From assembly GCA_934162655.1 (NCBI GenBank), contig CAKPJL010000002.1:20089-84088 (forward strand): a DNA stretch of 64,000 bases, in the 5' to 3' direction. A program made the translations under genes and the position numbers. The DNA is from an uncultured Clostridia bacterium. GTDB taxonomy: Bacteria; Bacillota; Clostridia; TANB77; CAG-465. Shown here piece by piece: positions 19,005 to 29,152 of the stretch (position 1 is the stretch's first letter; the number at the start of each line of letters is the position of its first letter). The notes under the pieces are model-generated. The model was not told where the DNA came from and ran no database searches. It saw nothing but the letters and a program-made list of their open reading frames with translations.

Positions 19005-21057
19005 ATCTTATGAGAGTAATCTAAAATACTTTAATTTTTACGGTGGATTTAATAAAAAAGGTACTGAGTATCATATATTAAACAAAAATACTCCACTGCC
19101 TTGGTGTAATATTCTTGCAAATGAAAATTTTGGAACGGTAATATCAAGTTATGGTACAGTATATTCTTACTTTAAAAATAGTAGAGAATATAAGATTTCA
19201 TCATGGTGCAATGATTGGGTAGAATTTGCACCTGGTGAGAAATTTAGTGGTATATTTGAAAATGATTACAATTTAATATATGGATTTGGGTATGTTAAAA
19301 TATTAGAAGAAGATGATATACTTAAAAAAACACTAGATATATTTGTACCCATGGATGAAAACTTAAAGATCCAATATATAACACTAGAAAATAAATATGG
19401 TTCTGATGTTACATATGATATTTCATATAAAATAAATCCTGTGCTTGGAGTTTCAGAAGAAGTAGATACATCTCATATAGTTTCAAGGCTAACATCTGAT
19501 GGCAAGGTGTTAGAATTTAAAAATCCGTATAGTATGTGTTTTTCAAAAGTATCAAATTATATTGGTGTACTTAATTGCAAAAATGATGATATAAAATATA
19601 CTATAAATAAAGACGATTTTAATGTGGATGTTAGTGTACATGTAAAAGCAGCAGGTACTGTAAAATTTGCAATAGTTCTTGGCAGTTTAGAAAAATCATC
19701 AAATGTAAATGTGGATGATATTTTAACAAAATTTGATACCGAAGAAAAAATAGAAAAATCATATAAAGATACTATAAAGTATTGGAAAAACTTAGTAGTA
19801 AAAGACTTTAATACAGGAGATGATATGTTAGACACTATGGCAAATGGATGGTTACTTTATCAAACTGTGGTGTGTAGGCTTTATGCAAGAAGTGCTTTTT
19901 ATCAAAGTGGAGGTGCACTTGGGTATCGCGATCAACTTCAAGATAGTTTAAGTCTTATTAGAACTTGGCCAGAGAGGACAAGAAAACAAATAGTTTTACA
20001 TGCATCTAAACAATTTGAAAAAGGTGATGTACTTCATTGGTGGCATAATCATAATAATGCAGGGATTAGGACATACTTTAGTGATGATTATCTATGGTTG
20101 CCATATGTTTTGGAAGAATATGTAAACATAACTCATGATAATTCTATTTTAGATGAAATGGCACCATATTTGGAAAATAAAGATATGGGAAGTGTAAGAG
20201 AGCTATACGATGTTTTTAATAATATAGATGTTACAGATAGTGTATATGGGCATGCTAAGAAGGCGATTTTATATGGACTTTCTAGAATAAGTAAAAAAAA
20301 TGGCTTACTTGATATAGGTGATGGGGATTGGAATGATGGTTTTTCAAATATTAGAGGCCAATCCGTATGGTTAACATTATTTATGATAAATATTTTAGAT
20401 AGATTTATAAGTCTTGCTAAAATAAAAGAAGATGAGGAAATGATAGGTATTTGTCAAAAAAAGAGGCATTTATTAAAACAAGCTATAATAACTTATGCTT
20501 GGGAAGATAACCAATTTGTAAGAGCATTTTTTGAAAATGGTGATGTTCTTGGTAGTATGAAAAATGATGAATGTAAAATTGACCTTATATCTCAGTGTTG
20601 GGCAGTTATAGCCTTAAAAGATGATAAGGATATGAAACAAGAACTAGAACTAGCATTAAAGAGTGCAGATAAGTATTTAGTTGACAGACAAAATAAGATA
20701 GTAAAATTACTTTATCCGGCATTCGATAAGCCTAAAAATAATCCTGGATATATTAAGGCATATGTGCCTGGAATTAGAGAAAATGGCGGACAGTATACAC
20801 ATGCTTCTATTTGGCTTGCCAAAGCTTATTTTGAACTCAACAAAAAAGAAAAGGCAATGGAAATATTAAGTATTCTAAATCCTATTAATCATGCACTAAC
20901 AAAAAAAGAGGCAGATAATTATATGGTAGAACCATATGTTATTGCAGCAGATGTTTATTCAAATCCAGAACATTTAGGTAGAGGTGGCTGGACATGGTAT
21001 ACTGGTTCTGCTTCTTGGATGTATAAAGTAGTAGAAGACTATTTAAGCAATAAATAA
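18997..21057 (+). CDS. GH94 glycoside hydrolase/phosphorylase module (cellobiose-phosphorylase-like), separate ORF
   Basis: 686 aa. N-terminal PLPWCNILANENFGTVISSYG...SWCNDWV beta-sandwich signature and catalytic (alpha/alpha)6 motifs LDIGDGDWNDGFSN and GGQYTHAS. Starts 8 nt inside the upstream ORF, behind GGAGGTGGAG. Confidence 0.75.
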   Translation: MNKSYESNLKYFNFYGGFNKKGTEYHILNKNTPLPWCNILANENFGTVISSYGTVYSYFKNSREYKISSWCNDWVEFAPGEKFSGIFENDYNLIYGFGYVKILEEDDILKKTLDIFVPMDENLKIQYITLENKYGSDVTYDISYKINPVLGVSEEVDTSHIVSRLTSDGKVLEFKNPYSMCFSKVSNYIGVLNCKNDDIKYTINKDDFNVDVSVHVKAAGTVKFAIVLGSLEKSSNVNVDDILTKFDTEEKIEKSYKDTIKYWKNLVVKDFNTGDDMLDTMANGWLLYQTVVCRLYARSAFYQSGGALGYRDQLQDSLSLIRTWPERTRKQIVLHASKQFEKGDVLHWWHNHNNAGIRTYFSDDYLWLPYVLEEYVNITHDNSILDEMAPYLENKDMGSVRELYDVFNNIDVTDSVYGHAKKAILYGLSRISKKNGLLDIGDGDWNDGFSNIRGQSVWLTLFMINILDRFISLAKIKEDEEMIGICQKKRHLLKQAIITYAWEDNQFVRAFFENGDVLGSMKNDECKIDLISQCWAVIALKDDKDMKQELELALKSADKYLVDRQNKIVKLLYPAFDKPKNNPGYIKAYVPGIRENGGQYTHASIWLAKAYFELNKKEKAMEILSILNPINHALTKKEADNYMVEPYVIAADVYSNPEHLGRGGWTWYTGSASWMYKVVEDYLSNK

Positions 21058-21066
21058 ATATTTTAA

Positions 21067-21096
21067 AACAGTGTTAGATATAACACTGTTTTTTTG
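21067..21096 (+). terminator. rho-independent terminator
   Basis: aacagtgtta-gata-taacactgtt then TTTTTTT. Confidence 0.6.
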
Positions 21097-21177
21097 TGGT
21101 ATAATTTACCAAAAATGGTTGAAAATTTCTAGTTTTGTGATATAATATAGTAGTTATAATTTAATGGAGGAATTTAA

Positions 21178-22467
21178 ATGGAAGTAAAAATAGAAAAACA
21201 AGAAAAATCAAAAGTAATACTTGAATTTACTATGAAAAAGGAAGACTTTGTAAAAGAAATGGATAAAGCATTTGAAAAAAATCAAAAGTACTTTAAAGTA
21301 CCTGGATTTAGAAATGGTAAAGTTCCAAGAAATGTCGTAGAAAAAGTTTATGGCGAGGGTGTTTTATATGAAACAGTTATCGAAAATAATGTAGATAATG
21401 AGTATATAAAAGCAATAACTGAAAATAAAATAGATGTAGTTTCAAGACCAGAACTTGATATTAAACAAATTGGTAGTGATAAAGATTTTATATATACAAT
21501 AACTGTATATACAAAACCAGAAATAAAAGTTAAAAAATATAAAGGATTAGAGATAAAAAAAGTAGAAGCAAAAGTTACAGCTGCAGATGTAAATAAAGAA
21601 ATAGATAAAGTAAGAGAAAAAAATGCAGTAGTAGAGGAAGTAAAAGATAGAGCTCTAAAATCAGGAGACATTTCAAACATTAATTTTGAAGGATTTGTTG
21701 ATGGAGTAGCTTTTGAAGGCGGAAAAGCTGAAAACTTTGATTTAACAATTGGAAGCAATCAATTCATTCCTGGTTTTGAGGATCAACTAATAGGAATGAA
21801 AATAGGGGAAGAAAGAGAAATAAATGTAAAGTTCCCAGAAGAATATCATAGTAAAGAATTAGCAGGAAAAGACTCTATGTTTAAAGTAAAATTAAACTCT
21901 ATAAAAGAAAAAATACTTGCTAAATTAGATGATGAATTTGCAAAAGATGTTTCTTCATTTGAAACATTAGATGAATATAAAAAAGATGTAAAGGCAAAAC
22001 TTTTAGAATCTAAGAAAAAACAAGCAGAAGCTGAAAAAGAAACTGAAACAATAGCTAAGCTTGTAGACGAAGTTGAAGGAGACATTCCAGATGCTATGAT
22101 TGAACATGAAATTGACCATATGATGGAACAATTTAATCAAAATCTAGCATACCAAGGTTTAGATATAGATAAATATTGCGAATACATGGGTTCTTCAAAA
22201 GAAAAATTCAGAGAAACACTAAAACCAAATGCTACTCGTGATGTTAAATTAAAATTAGCTCTTGAATTTATAAATAAAGAAGAAAAAGTTGGAGTTTCAG
22301 AAAAAGAAATAGATGAGAAAATAATTGAACTTTCTAAAATGTATGGCGATAAAGAAAATCAAGCAGATAACTTGCTTAAAAATGAAAATGCAAGAACATA
22401 TATGAGAGAGCAATTAACACAAGAAAAAACTTTAAAAATCGTTACAGATTCTGTTATAGAAAAATAG
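21178..22467 (+). CDS. tig: trigger factor
   Basis: 429 aa. N-terminal ribosome-binding GFRNGKVPR motif and PPIase domain. Two extended -10 promoters (TGgTATAAT and TGaTATAAT) upstream. Confidence 0.9.
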   Translation: MEVKIEKQEKSKVILEFTMKKEDFVKEMDKAFEKNQKYFKVPGFRNGKVPRNVVEKVYGEGVLYETVIENNVDNEYIKAITENKIDVVSRPELDIKQIGSDKDFIYTITVYTKPEIKVKKYKGLEIKKVEAKVTAADVNKEIDKVREKNAVVEEVKDRALKSGDISNINFEGFVDGVAFEGGKAENFDLTIGSNQFIPGFEDQLIGMKIGEEREINVKFPEEYHSKELAGKDSMFKVKLNSIKEKILAKLDDEFAKDVSSFETLDEYKKDVKAKLLESKKKQAEAEKETETIAKLVDEVEGDIPDAMIEHEIDHMMEQFNQNLAYQGLDIDKYCEYMGSSKEKFRETLKPNATRDVKLKLALEFINKEEKVGVSEKEIDEKIIELSKMYGDKENQADNLLKNENARTYMREQLTQEKTLKIVTDSVIEK

Positions 22468-22538
22468 TTTAAGTTTAAAATAATATAGAAGACTCTATAT
22501 TATTTTAAATTTATATATTATATTTAGGAGGTATAAGT

Positions 22539-23150
22539 ATGATAAATAATAGTTTAGTCCCAATGGTAATTGAACAAACAAGTAAAGGAGAAAGATCTTA
22601 CGATATTTATTCAAGACTATTAAAAGAAAGAATAATATTTTTAAGCGATGAAGTAAATGATGTAACTGCATCACTTGTTATAGCACAACTTTTGTTTTTA
22701 GATGCGGAAGATCCAGGTAAAGATATATTCTTATATATAAACAGTCCTGGTGGTAGCGTTACAGCAGGTATGGGTATTTTTGATACAATGCAATATATAA
22801 AATCTGATGTGGCTACTATATGCGTAGGTATGGCCGCTTCAATGGGTGCATTTTTACTTGCGGCAGGAGCAAAAGGCAAAAGATTTGCACTTCCAAATTC
22901 TACAATAATGATACATCAACCACTTGGAGGAATGCAAGGTCAAGCAAGTGACATGAAAATTCATGCTGAATATATTTTAAAAGTTAAAGAAAAATTAAAT
23001 AAAATTTTAAGCGAAAGAACAGGTAAAAGTTTTGAACAAGTAGAAAAAGATACAGATAGAGATAATTTCTTATCAGCAGATGAAGCAAAAGAATATGGAT
23101 TAATTGATGATGTAATGACTAATATTTCAGAAATTTCTAAGGAGAAATAA
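22539..23150 (+). CDS. clpP: ATP-dependent Clp protease proteolytic subunit
   Basis: Ser-His-Asp triad context: [28 protein letters not shown]. No CtsR box (GGTCAAA direct repeat) seen upstream. Confidence 0.9.
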   Translation: MINNSLVPMVIEQTSKGERSYDIYSRLLKERIIFLSDEVNDVTASLVIAQLLFLDAEDPGKDIFLYINSPGGSVTAGMGIFDTMQYIKSDVATICVGMAASMGAFLLAAGAKGKRFALPNSTIMIHQPLGGMQGQASDMKIHAEYILKVKEKLNKILSERTGKSFEQVEKDTDRDNFLSADEAKEYGLIDDVMTNISEISKEK

Positions 23151-23153
23151 TTT

Positions 23154-24476
23154 ATGGCACCAAAAAAAGGTAAAAAAAACAACTTAAAAGATTTTGATAA
23201 TATAGAAGATTTAATATTTTGTTCTTTTTGTGGAAGACTTAAACATGAGGTAAACAAATTAATAGAAGGACCAGATGGAATATTTATTTGTGATGAATGC
23301 GTTGAAATTTGTCACAAAATAATGTCTGATGGGGATGATTTAAAAAAGAGTAATTTATCTGCAAATAGTAATTCAGAAAATATGTCGGAATTACAAAAAG
23401 AATTAATTGAATCCGATGAATTACCAGTGCCAGAGAAAATAAAACGTGTTCTTGATGAATATGTAATTGGTCAAGATGAAGCAAAAAAAGTTTTGTCTGT
23501 TGCGGTATATAATCACTATAAAAGAATTAACAATTTAGATAAAATTGATGATGTTGAGCTTCAAAAAAGTAATATCTTGCTTATTGGCCCTACCGGTTGT
23601 GGTAAGACATTACTTGCTCAGACACTTGCTAAAATATTACATGTACCATTTGCAATAGCAGATGCTACTACTCTTACAGAAGCAGGATATGTTGGAGAGG
23701 ATGTAGAAAATATTTTATTAAGACTTATTCAAGCTGCTGACTTTGATATATCAAAGGCTGAAAAGGGAATAATATATATTGATGAAATAGACAAAATTTC
23801 TAGAAAATCTGAAAACCCATCTATCACACGTGATGTTAGTGGTGAGGGTGTACAACAAGCACTTTTAAAAATTATAGAAGGAACTGTTGCAAATGTTCCT
23901 CCACAAGGTGGTAGAAAACATCCACAACAAGAATTTATTAAAATTGACACTAGTAATATATTATTTATATGTGGTGGTGCTTTCGATGGACTAGACAAAA
24001 TAATACAATCAAGAATGGAAAATAAGTCAATGGGATTTGGTGCAAAGGTAGAGAGTAAAAAAGATATTGATTTAGGCAAACTATATAAGAATGCTCAACC
24101 TCACGACATAATAAAATATGGCCTAATTCCTGAACTTGTAGGTAGACTTCCAGTGATAACTTCACTTTCTAACCTAAATCGTGAAGCTCTAATTGATATT
24201 TTAACAAAACCTAGAAATGCTTTGTTAAAACAATATACAAAATTATTTAAGCTAGATAATGTAAAGTTAGAGATTAAAGATGAGGCAATTAATAAAATTG
24301 TTGATTTAGCACTTGAAAGAAAAACTGGTGCTAGAGGACTTAGAGCTATAATGGAAGATGTAATGATGGATGCAATGTATGAAGTGCCATCTAATAAAAA
24401 AATATCAAAATGTGTTATAACAGCAGGAGTTGTAGATAAAAAAGTAAAACCAGCTTATGAGTTAAGAAAACAATAA
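23154..24476 (+). CDS. clpX: ATP-dependent Clp protease ATPase subunit ClpX
   Basis: Zn-finger CSFCGR...CDEC, Walker [17 protein letters not shown] Walker B. Confidence 0.9.
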   Translation: MAPKKGKKNNLKDFDNIEDLIFCSFCGRLKHEVNKLIEGPDGIFICDECVEICHKIMSDGDDLKKSNLSANSNSENMSELQKELIESDELPVPEKIKRVLDEYVIGQDEAKKVLSVAVYNHYKRINNLDKIDDVELQKSNILLIGPTGCGKTLLAQTLAKILHVPFAIADATTLTEAGYVGEDVENILLRLIQAADFDISKAEKGIIYIDEIDKISRKSENPSITRDVSGEGVQQALLKIIEGTVANVPPQGGRKHPQQEFIKIDTSNILFICGGAFDGLDKIIQSRMENKSMGFGAKVESKKDIDLGKLYKNAQPHDIIKYGLIPELVGRLPVITSLSNLNREALIDILTKPRNALLKQYTKLFKLDNVKLEIKDEAINKIVDLALERKTGARGLRAIMEDVMMDAMYEVPSNKKISKCVITAGVVDKKVKPAYELRKQ

Positions 24477-24584
24477 AATATCAATGCAAAAGTAAGTAAT
24501 AACTAATTCTTACTTTGCATTTTTTATTTACTTTTTTTGAATTTCATGCTATACTTTATTTGATTGGTATAAATAGGAGTAAAA

Positions 24585-25205
24585 ATGACATTTTATGGTT
24601 TAAGAAATGAAAATAAATTGTTTAAGTCAAAACAAGGAGAAATATCAAACTTTACATATGAGGAGAAAAAATCAAAATTTATATGTTACATTTTTTCTAT
24701 AAAAAGTAAAGAGGAAGCTGTAATAAGAGTTAATGAAATAAGAAAAACTAATTTTGGAGCTAGGCATGTAGTTTATTTATATAGAGTAAAAGCAAATGAA
24801 AATGAAGAGTTAAAATTTAGTGACGATGGTGAACCTCAGGGTACAGGTACTAAGTCAATTTTAGAAATGGTAAAAAAGGAATGTATCACTAATATATGTG
24901 TAGTAATTGTAAGATATTTTGGTGGAGTATTGCTTGGAACAGGCCCACTTACAAGAGCATATCTTAATTCATTTAAGGGGGCATACGATTTACTTAAAAA
25001 AGAAGAAATAATTGAGTATAAAACTGTTGCAATTATTATTAGTTATGATAGGTTAAGAGGCTTTGAACACAAGATAAATAACTATATAAAAACAAAAGAT
25101 GTTATAGTATTAGATAAAATATATGGGGACTTTGTAAAATTAGAGTTAAATGTTTCCATAGATAAATTTGATCAAATAATGAAAGTATTGGAGGAATTTA
25201 TATGA
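24585..25205 (+). CDS. yigZ: YigZ/IMPACT family protein
   Basis: VRYFGGVLLGTGPLTRAY signature of UPF0029/IMPACT N-domain. Confidence 0.75.
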   Translation: MTFYGLRNENKLFKSKQGEISNFTYEEKKSKFICYIFSIKSKEEAVIRVNEIRKTNFGARHVVYLYRVKANENEELKFSDDGEPQGTGTKSILEMVKKECITNICVVIVRYFGGVLLGTGPLTRAYLNSFKGAYDLLKKEEIIEYKTVAIIISYDRLRGFEHKINNYIKTKDVIVLDKIYGDFVKLELNVSIDKFDQIMKVLEEFI

Positions 25206-25651
25206 ATGAAATCAAAATTAAGCTAAAAAAATTAAATAAAAATGCAAAAATTCCAACACATGGTTCTGAACAAGCAGCAGGATATGATTTGTATGCATGT
25301 CTTGAAAGCGATAAGCTAATAGTTCCACCTCATGGAACTGTTAAAGTTCCAACAGGCATTAGTATGGAATTACCACAAAATACTTTTGGAGCTATTTTTG
25401 CTAGAAGTGGTATTGCATTAAAGAAATATTTAAGACCAGCTAATTGTGTAGCAGTTATTGACTCTGATTATAGAGGGGAATATATTGTAATTTTGCACAA
25501 TGATAGTAATACTCCACAGGAAATAGAAAACTTTGAGAGAATAGCCCAACTTGTAATAATGCCATATATTCCAATTAATTTTTGCGAAGTGGAAGAACTT
25601 TCTAAAACTGAGCGTGGTGAAAGTAGATTTGGATCTACTGGAAATAAATAG
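25202..25651 (+). CDS. dut: dUTP diphosphatase
   Basis: AAGYDLYA, ARSGIA, GVIDSDYRGE motifs. 4-nt overlap with yigZ. Confidence 0.85.
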   Translation: MNEIKIKLKKLNKNAKIPTHGSEQAAGYDLYACLESDKLIVPPHGTVKVPTGISMELPQNTFGAIFARSGIALKKYLRPANCVAVIDSDYRGEYIVILHNDSNTPQEIENFERIAQLVIMPYIPINFCEVEELSKTERGESRFGSTGNK

Positions 25652-25696
25652 CCACTTTAAAAAAAGAACATTTTTTCACTTTTTTTCATAAGCCTA

Positions 25697-25725
25697 TTGA
25701 CAAACACTTGTTCTAATTGTATAAT
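25697..25725 (+). promoter_or_regulatory. consensus sigma-A promoter (TTGACA, 17 nt, TGTATAAT)
   Basis: -35 at 25697-25702 and -10 at 25720-25725 with TG extension. Upstream of the LysM gene. Confidence 0.6.
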
Positions 25726-25760
25726 ATAAGTATAAGAACGAATGTTTTAGAGGTGATTTT

Positions 25761-26072
25761 ATGAAAAAATTATATAACAAAAAAAATATAAAAAAAAGTA
25801 AGCCAAAAGTTAGATATGTATTTATTCTACTTTTAATTATATCTATATTTGGAATTTTAAATGCAACAGTATTTGCAAAAGAAAATAATATTACTACTTT
25901 TTATACAGTAGAAGCTAATGATACATTGTGGGATATTGCTAAATATATTTGTAATAATTCAAATAAGAAAAATATAAATATTCAAAAAACTGTATGTGAG
26001 ATAAAGAAAATAAATAATATGACATCTAGTAATATATACGAAGGTCAAGAAATAATGCTACCTATATATTAA
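25761..26072 (+). CDS. membrane-anchored LysM-domain protein
   Basis: N-terminal TM helix, then LysM signature YTVEANDTLWDIAK...GQEIMLP. Confidence 0.7.
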   Translation: MKKLYNKKNIKKSKPKVRYVFILLLIISIFGILNATVFAKENNITTFYTVEANDTLWDIAKYICNNSNKKNINIQKTVCEIKKINNMTSSNIYEGQEIMLPIY

Positions 26073-26087
26073 TATATATTTACACAT

Positions 26088-26122
26088 AAAAATACTGACA
26101 ATTATTTGTCAGTATTAATTTT
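26088..26122. terminator. bidirectional rho-independent terminator between convergent genes
   Basis: 11-bp perfect stem aatactgacaa/ttgtcagtatt, loop ttat, A-run on the left and T-run on the right. Confidence 0.6.
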
Positions 26123-27090
26123 ATATATTATTTAAAGGATTATTATTTAGGGCGTCTTTTACTTCATCGTTGTCTATATGGGTATATATTTCAGTTGTTG
26201 ATATACTTTCATGCCCTAAAATTTGCTGCAATGCTCTTATATCAACATTGCCATATTTGTGCATTAAAGTGGCAGCAGTATGTCTTAGCTTATGCGGAGA
26301 GTATTTTTTTTCATCTAGGCCAGCTAGGCAAATATATTTCTTTACCATAATTTCAACAGTTCTTCTGCCAATTCTAGTACCTCTCTCGCTTAAAAATAAA
26401 GCATCACGGTCCTTAATATTATTTAACTTAATGCGTTCACTTAGATAATCTTGATATGCAGTCATACAAGCATTATTTAGGTATACAAAACGCTCTTTAT
26501 CTCCTTTGCCTATAACAGTTAATGTATTTGATCTAATATCTTTTATGTTTATATTTACAAGTTCTGATAATCTTAGACCACAATTAAGAAATAATGTTAT
26601 TATACAAAAATCTCTTTTTTGAAATTTTCCTTCAATAGAGTGGAGGAGTGCTACACTTTCATCAAGGGTTAAGTATTTAGGTAATCTTTTTGGAAGCTTT
26701 GGAGTCTCAAGTTCTACCGTTGGATTTTTATCTAAAACTTTTTGTTTAAATGTCAAATAATTAAATAAAGCTTTAAGTGAAGAAACTTTTCTAGATCTGG
26801 TTGTTGCCTTGTCAGAACGCCCGTTCTGAAAGAAAAGTTAAATATTCATAAAGATCATTTAATTCAATTTGTTTAACAAAGTCTATATTAAGATCAGTAA
26901 TTTGTGTATTTGTAATTAATTCATCATTTATATTTTTTGTTTTAACATTAATAGCTTTATATAGTTTTAAAAATTTAAAAGCATCTCTTAAATCATAATA
27001 ATATTCATTAACGGTGCTTTTAGATCTATTTTTAATACTGATCATATATTGTAAGAATTCTTTTATAAATATTGGTACATCATCATACAT
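26121..27090 (-). pseudogene. XerC/XerD-like tyrosine recombinase disrupted by a +1 frameshift
   Basis: N-domain ORF (26812-27090; ...YLTFLSERAF*) and catalytic ORF (26121-26756 plus an open upstream frame to 26837; ...SRKVSSLKALFNYL..., HKLRHTAATL...LGHESISTTEIYTHI). The frame breaks inside tcagaacgCCCgttctga at 26812-26829. Removing one C/G gives a contiguous ~315-aa Xer-like protein. Confidence 0.7.
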
Positions 27091-27527
27091 ATTAAAATCA
27101 CTCCAAAAAACGAGGCTCTAAAATCGATTTTAAGGCATTTTTAATTTTAAGGTGGTATAGTTACATGTCATGAATTTAAATTGATATGAAATATTTTTAA
27201 TTAATTTTAAAAATTCTAATGTATTATAAAATTATTAAATCTAAATACATAAAAAATTAGTTATGATTAAATATAATAAATTAATATTAATGTAAATATA
27301 TTTCAAAACCTTAAAATAGATAATAGCTTTATACAAAGTATAATATCATATATATATAAATTAGTCAATAATTTCTCGCCCTATTTTCACAAAATTTATA
27401 TTTTGCGAAATCACACATAATAATAAAAATGTGTTTTTACTACACTATATCGAATTTATATTTAAAAATAAGTTTAATATGTTTCTAATTTAAAATAAGT
27501 TTAATATAAGCTTAATTTAAAATTATA

Positions 27528-27878
27528 TTACACTATTTTGTTTATTTTGTCAATAAAAAAATCAAAAAAATTAATTTTTCTATTATATTTTTTATTTTTG
27601 AAAAATTTTAAGTCTTTATTACATTCACATAAAAATCTTTTCTGACCAACAAAAAATATGTCGTTATTTAAATTGTATAATTCTTTGTTTGCTTTTGTAG
27701 ATATTCTTCTATGCAACAATTTCAAGTCTTCAAAACATTCAATATAATTATTAAAATTAAAATAAAGTTCTAGCTCTCTCTTCTGCTCTATACTTGGATG
27801 ATAATCTAATTTTAACATAGTATAATTTATACAATTTAAAATAAGTATTATATCTTTTTCGTATAAATAAAAATCCAA
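27528..27878 (-). CDS. hypothetical protein (116 aa); parent copy of a duplicated segment
   Basis: ORF in an extremely AT-rich pocket. Its 3' half and downstream flank (27524-27740) recur in decayed form at 28866-29032. Confidence 0.35.
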   Translation of the reverse strand: MDFYLYEKDIILILNCINYTMLKLDYHPSIEQKRELELYFNFNNYIECFEDLKLLHRRISTKANKELYNLNNDIFFVGQKRFLCECNKDLKFFKNKKYNRKINFFDFFIDKINKIV

Positions 27879-28098
27879 TTTAATAACTCCTTTCTTTTTT
27901 ATGTAAACATTATAGCATAAATTAAATTTTATGTCAATTAAATTGTGCTATATATAAGCCCAATATGGATAAATATACCATATTAGGCCAAAAATATTAT
28001 AATTTAAAAATAAAATTCATGTCAAGGTTAAACTTTACGCTACGCGACCTTGACATTATTTTATTTTTATCGTAAAATCTAGTTTGGGAGTGAGAAAA

Positions 28099-28536
28099 AT
28101 GAAAGTTTTAATTATAATTTTGATAATTATAATACTATTAAAATTGTTAAAAGACTATATGTATAAAAATAATAATAATATAGATAATTGTATAGATAAT
28201 AAATTTAAAGGTAAAATAAAAAATTCACCACTAACAGAAAACGAAAAATATTTTTATAATAAGTTAAAAGAGATAACTGATAAATACAATCTTGTAATAT
28301 TTCCTAAATTAAGATTAGCTGATATTTTTGAAACAAATAATATATCTGACTTTAATAGAATAAAAGCAAAACATATAGATTTTACAATTTGTAATAAAGA
28401 TTTAAACTTTTTAATATTTATAGAATTAGATGATAAGACTCACGAGTATAAGAAAAATAAAATTAACGATGAAAAAAAGAATTTTATATTTGATAGTCTT
28501 AATACAAATTTAGTAAGAATTAAAAATAATAATTAA
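28099..28536 (+). CDS. membrane-anchored DUF2726-like protein (PD-(D/E)xK nuclease-fold)
   Basis: ATG 28099 after GGGAGTGAG. N-terminal TM helix (VLIIILIIIILL). LTENEKYFY...RLADIF...HIDFTICNKD...IELDDKTHE...LVRIKN fits the DUF2726 order and a D...E-x-D...K nuclease motif. About 15-18% GC. Confidence 0.5.
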   Translation: MKVLIIILIIIILLKLLKDYMYKNNNNIDNCIDNKFKGKIKNSPLTENEKYFYNKLKEITDKYNLVIFPKLRLADIFETNNISDFNRIKAKHIDFTICNKDLNFLIFIELDDKTHEYKKNKINDEKKNFIFDSLNTNLVRIKNNN

Positions 28537-28560
28537 AATGAAAAATTAGTTGAAATATAA

Positions 28561-28600
28561 AAACAAATCAGCACTTTATTATAAAAGTGCTTATTTGTTT
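28561..28600. terminator. long bidirectional hairpin terminator
   Basis: aaacaaatcagcacttt / aaagtgcttatttgttt stem with one mismatch, A/T runs on both sides. Confidence 0.5.
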
Positions 28601-28857
28601 AAAAAATCTTCATAGTATTCCCCATCTTTCAAATTTTTGTAAATTCTTTCTCTCTTTTTTTTAAAAAATAATAATTTATTAATAAAGTTTTTAGCATTAT
28701 ATAATAATTTCTTAAATATAATAAATAGTTTATTTATATTAAATAAACCATCTTTTTTATTAATATCCACTTCCCATTTTTCAAATTCTTTTTTTTGAAG
28801 TTGTTTCCTAGAAAAAGAATTGTAAAATTTCCAAACCCTATAAACAAATTTAATCAA
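28591..28857 (-). CDS. hypothetical small basic protein (88 aa)
   Basis: ORF only; lysine-rich; convergent with the DUF2726-like gene. Confidence 0.25.
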   Translation of the reverse strand: MIKFVYRVWKFYNSFSRKQLQKKEFEKWEVDINKKDGLFNINKLFIIFKKLLYNAKNFINKLLFFKKKRERIYKNLKDGEYYEDFLNK

Positions 28858-28865
28858 CTTATAAC

Positions 28866-29032
28866 TATATTACACTATATTACTTCTTTTGTCAACAAAT
28901 TTTTTATTTTGAAAAAGATTAAAATATTTATTGTTTTCACCTATAAAAAATACTTCATCTTTTAAATCATATAGCTTTTTTTGCTTTTGTAGATATTATT
29001 CTATGCAACAATTACAAGTATTCAAAACATTC
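28866..29032 (-). repeat. decayed duplicate of 27524-27740 (3' end of the 116-aa ORF plus flank)
   Basis: Both copies begin with tatattacactat. A 50-nt core gcttttgtagatatt[c/a]ttctatgcaacaatt[t/a]caagt[c/a]ttcaaaacattc is ~90% identical. This copy carries in-frame stops. Confidence 0.55.
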
Positions 29033-29152
29033 TTATTATACCAACATTATTTCAAAGTTCAAAATAAAAAAAGAGCACCTTATATTTCTATAAGGTGATC
29101 AATAAGAGGTTGATATATGAAAACTAAGGTTTTCCCTAGTTCGGCATGCTTT

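Noticed and set aside
22468-22538. CtsR operator upstream of clpP
   Set aside because: No GGTCAAA-N3-GGTCAAA direct repeat is present. I found only a tig terminator hairpin and an RBS.
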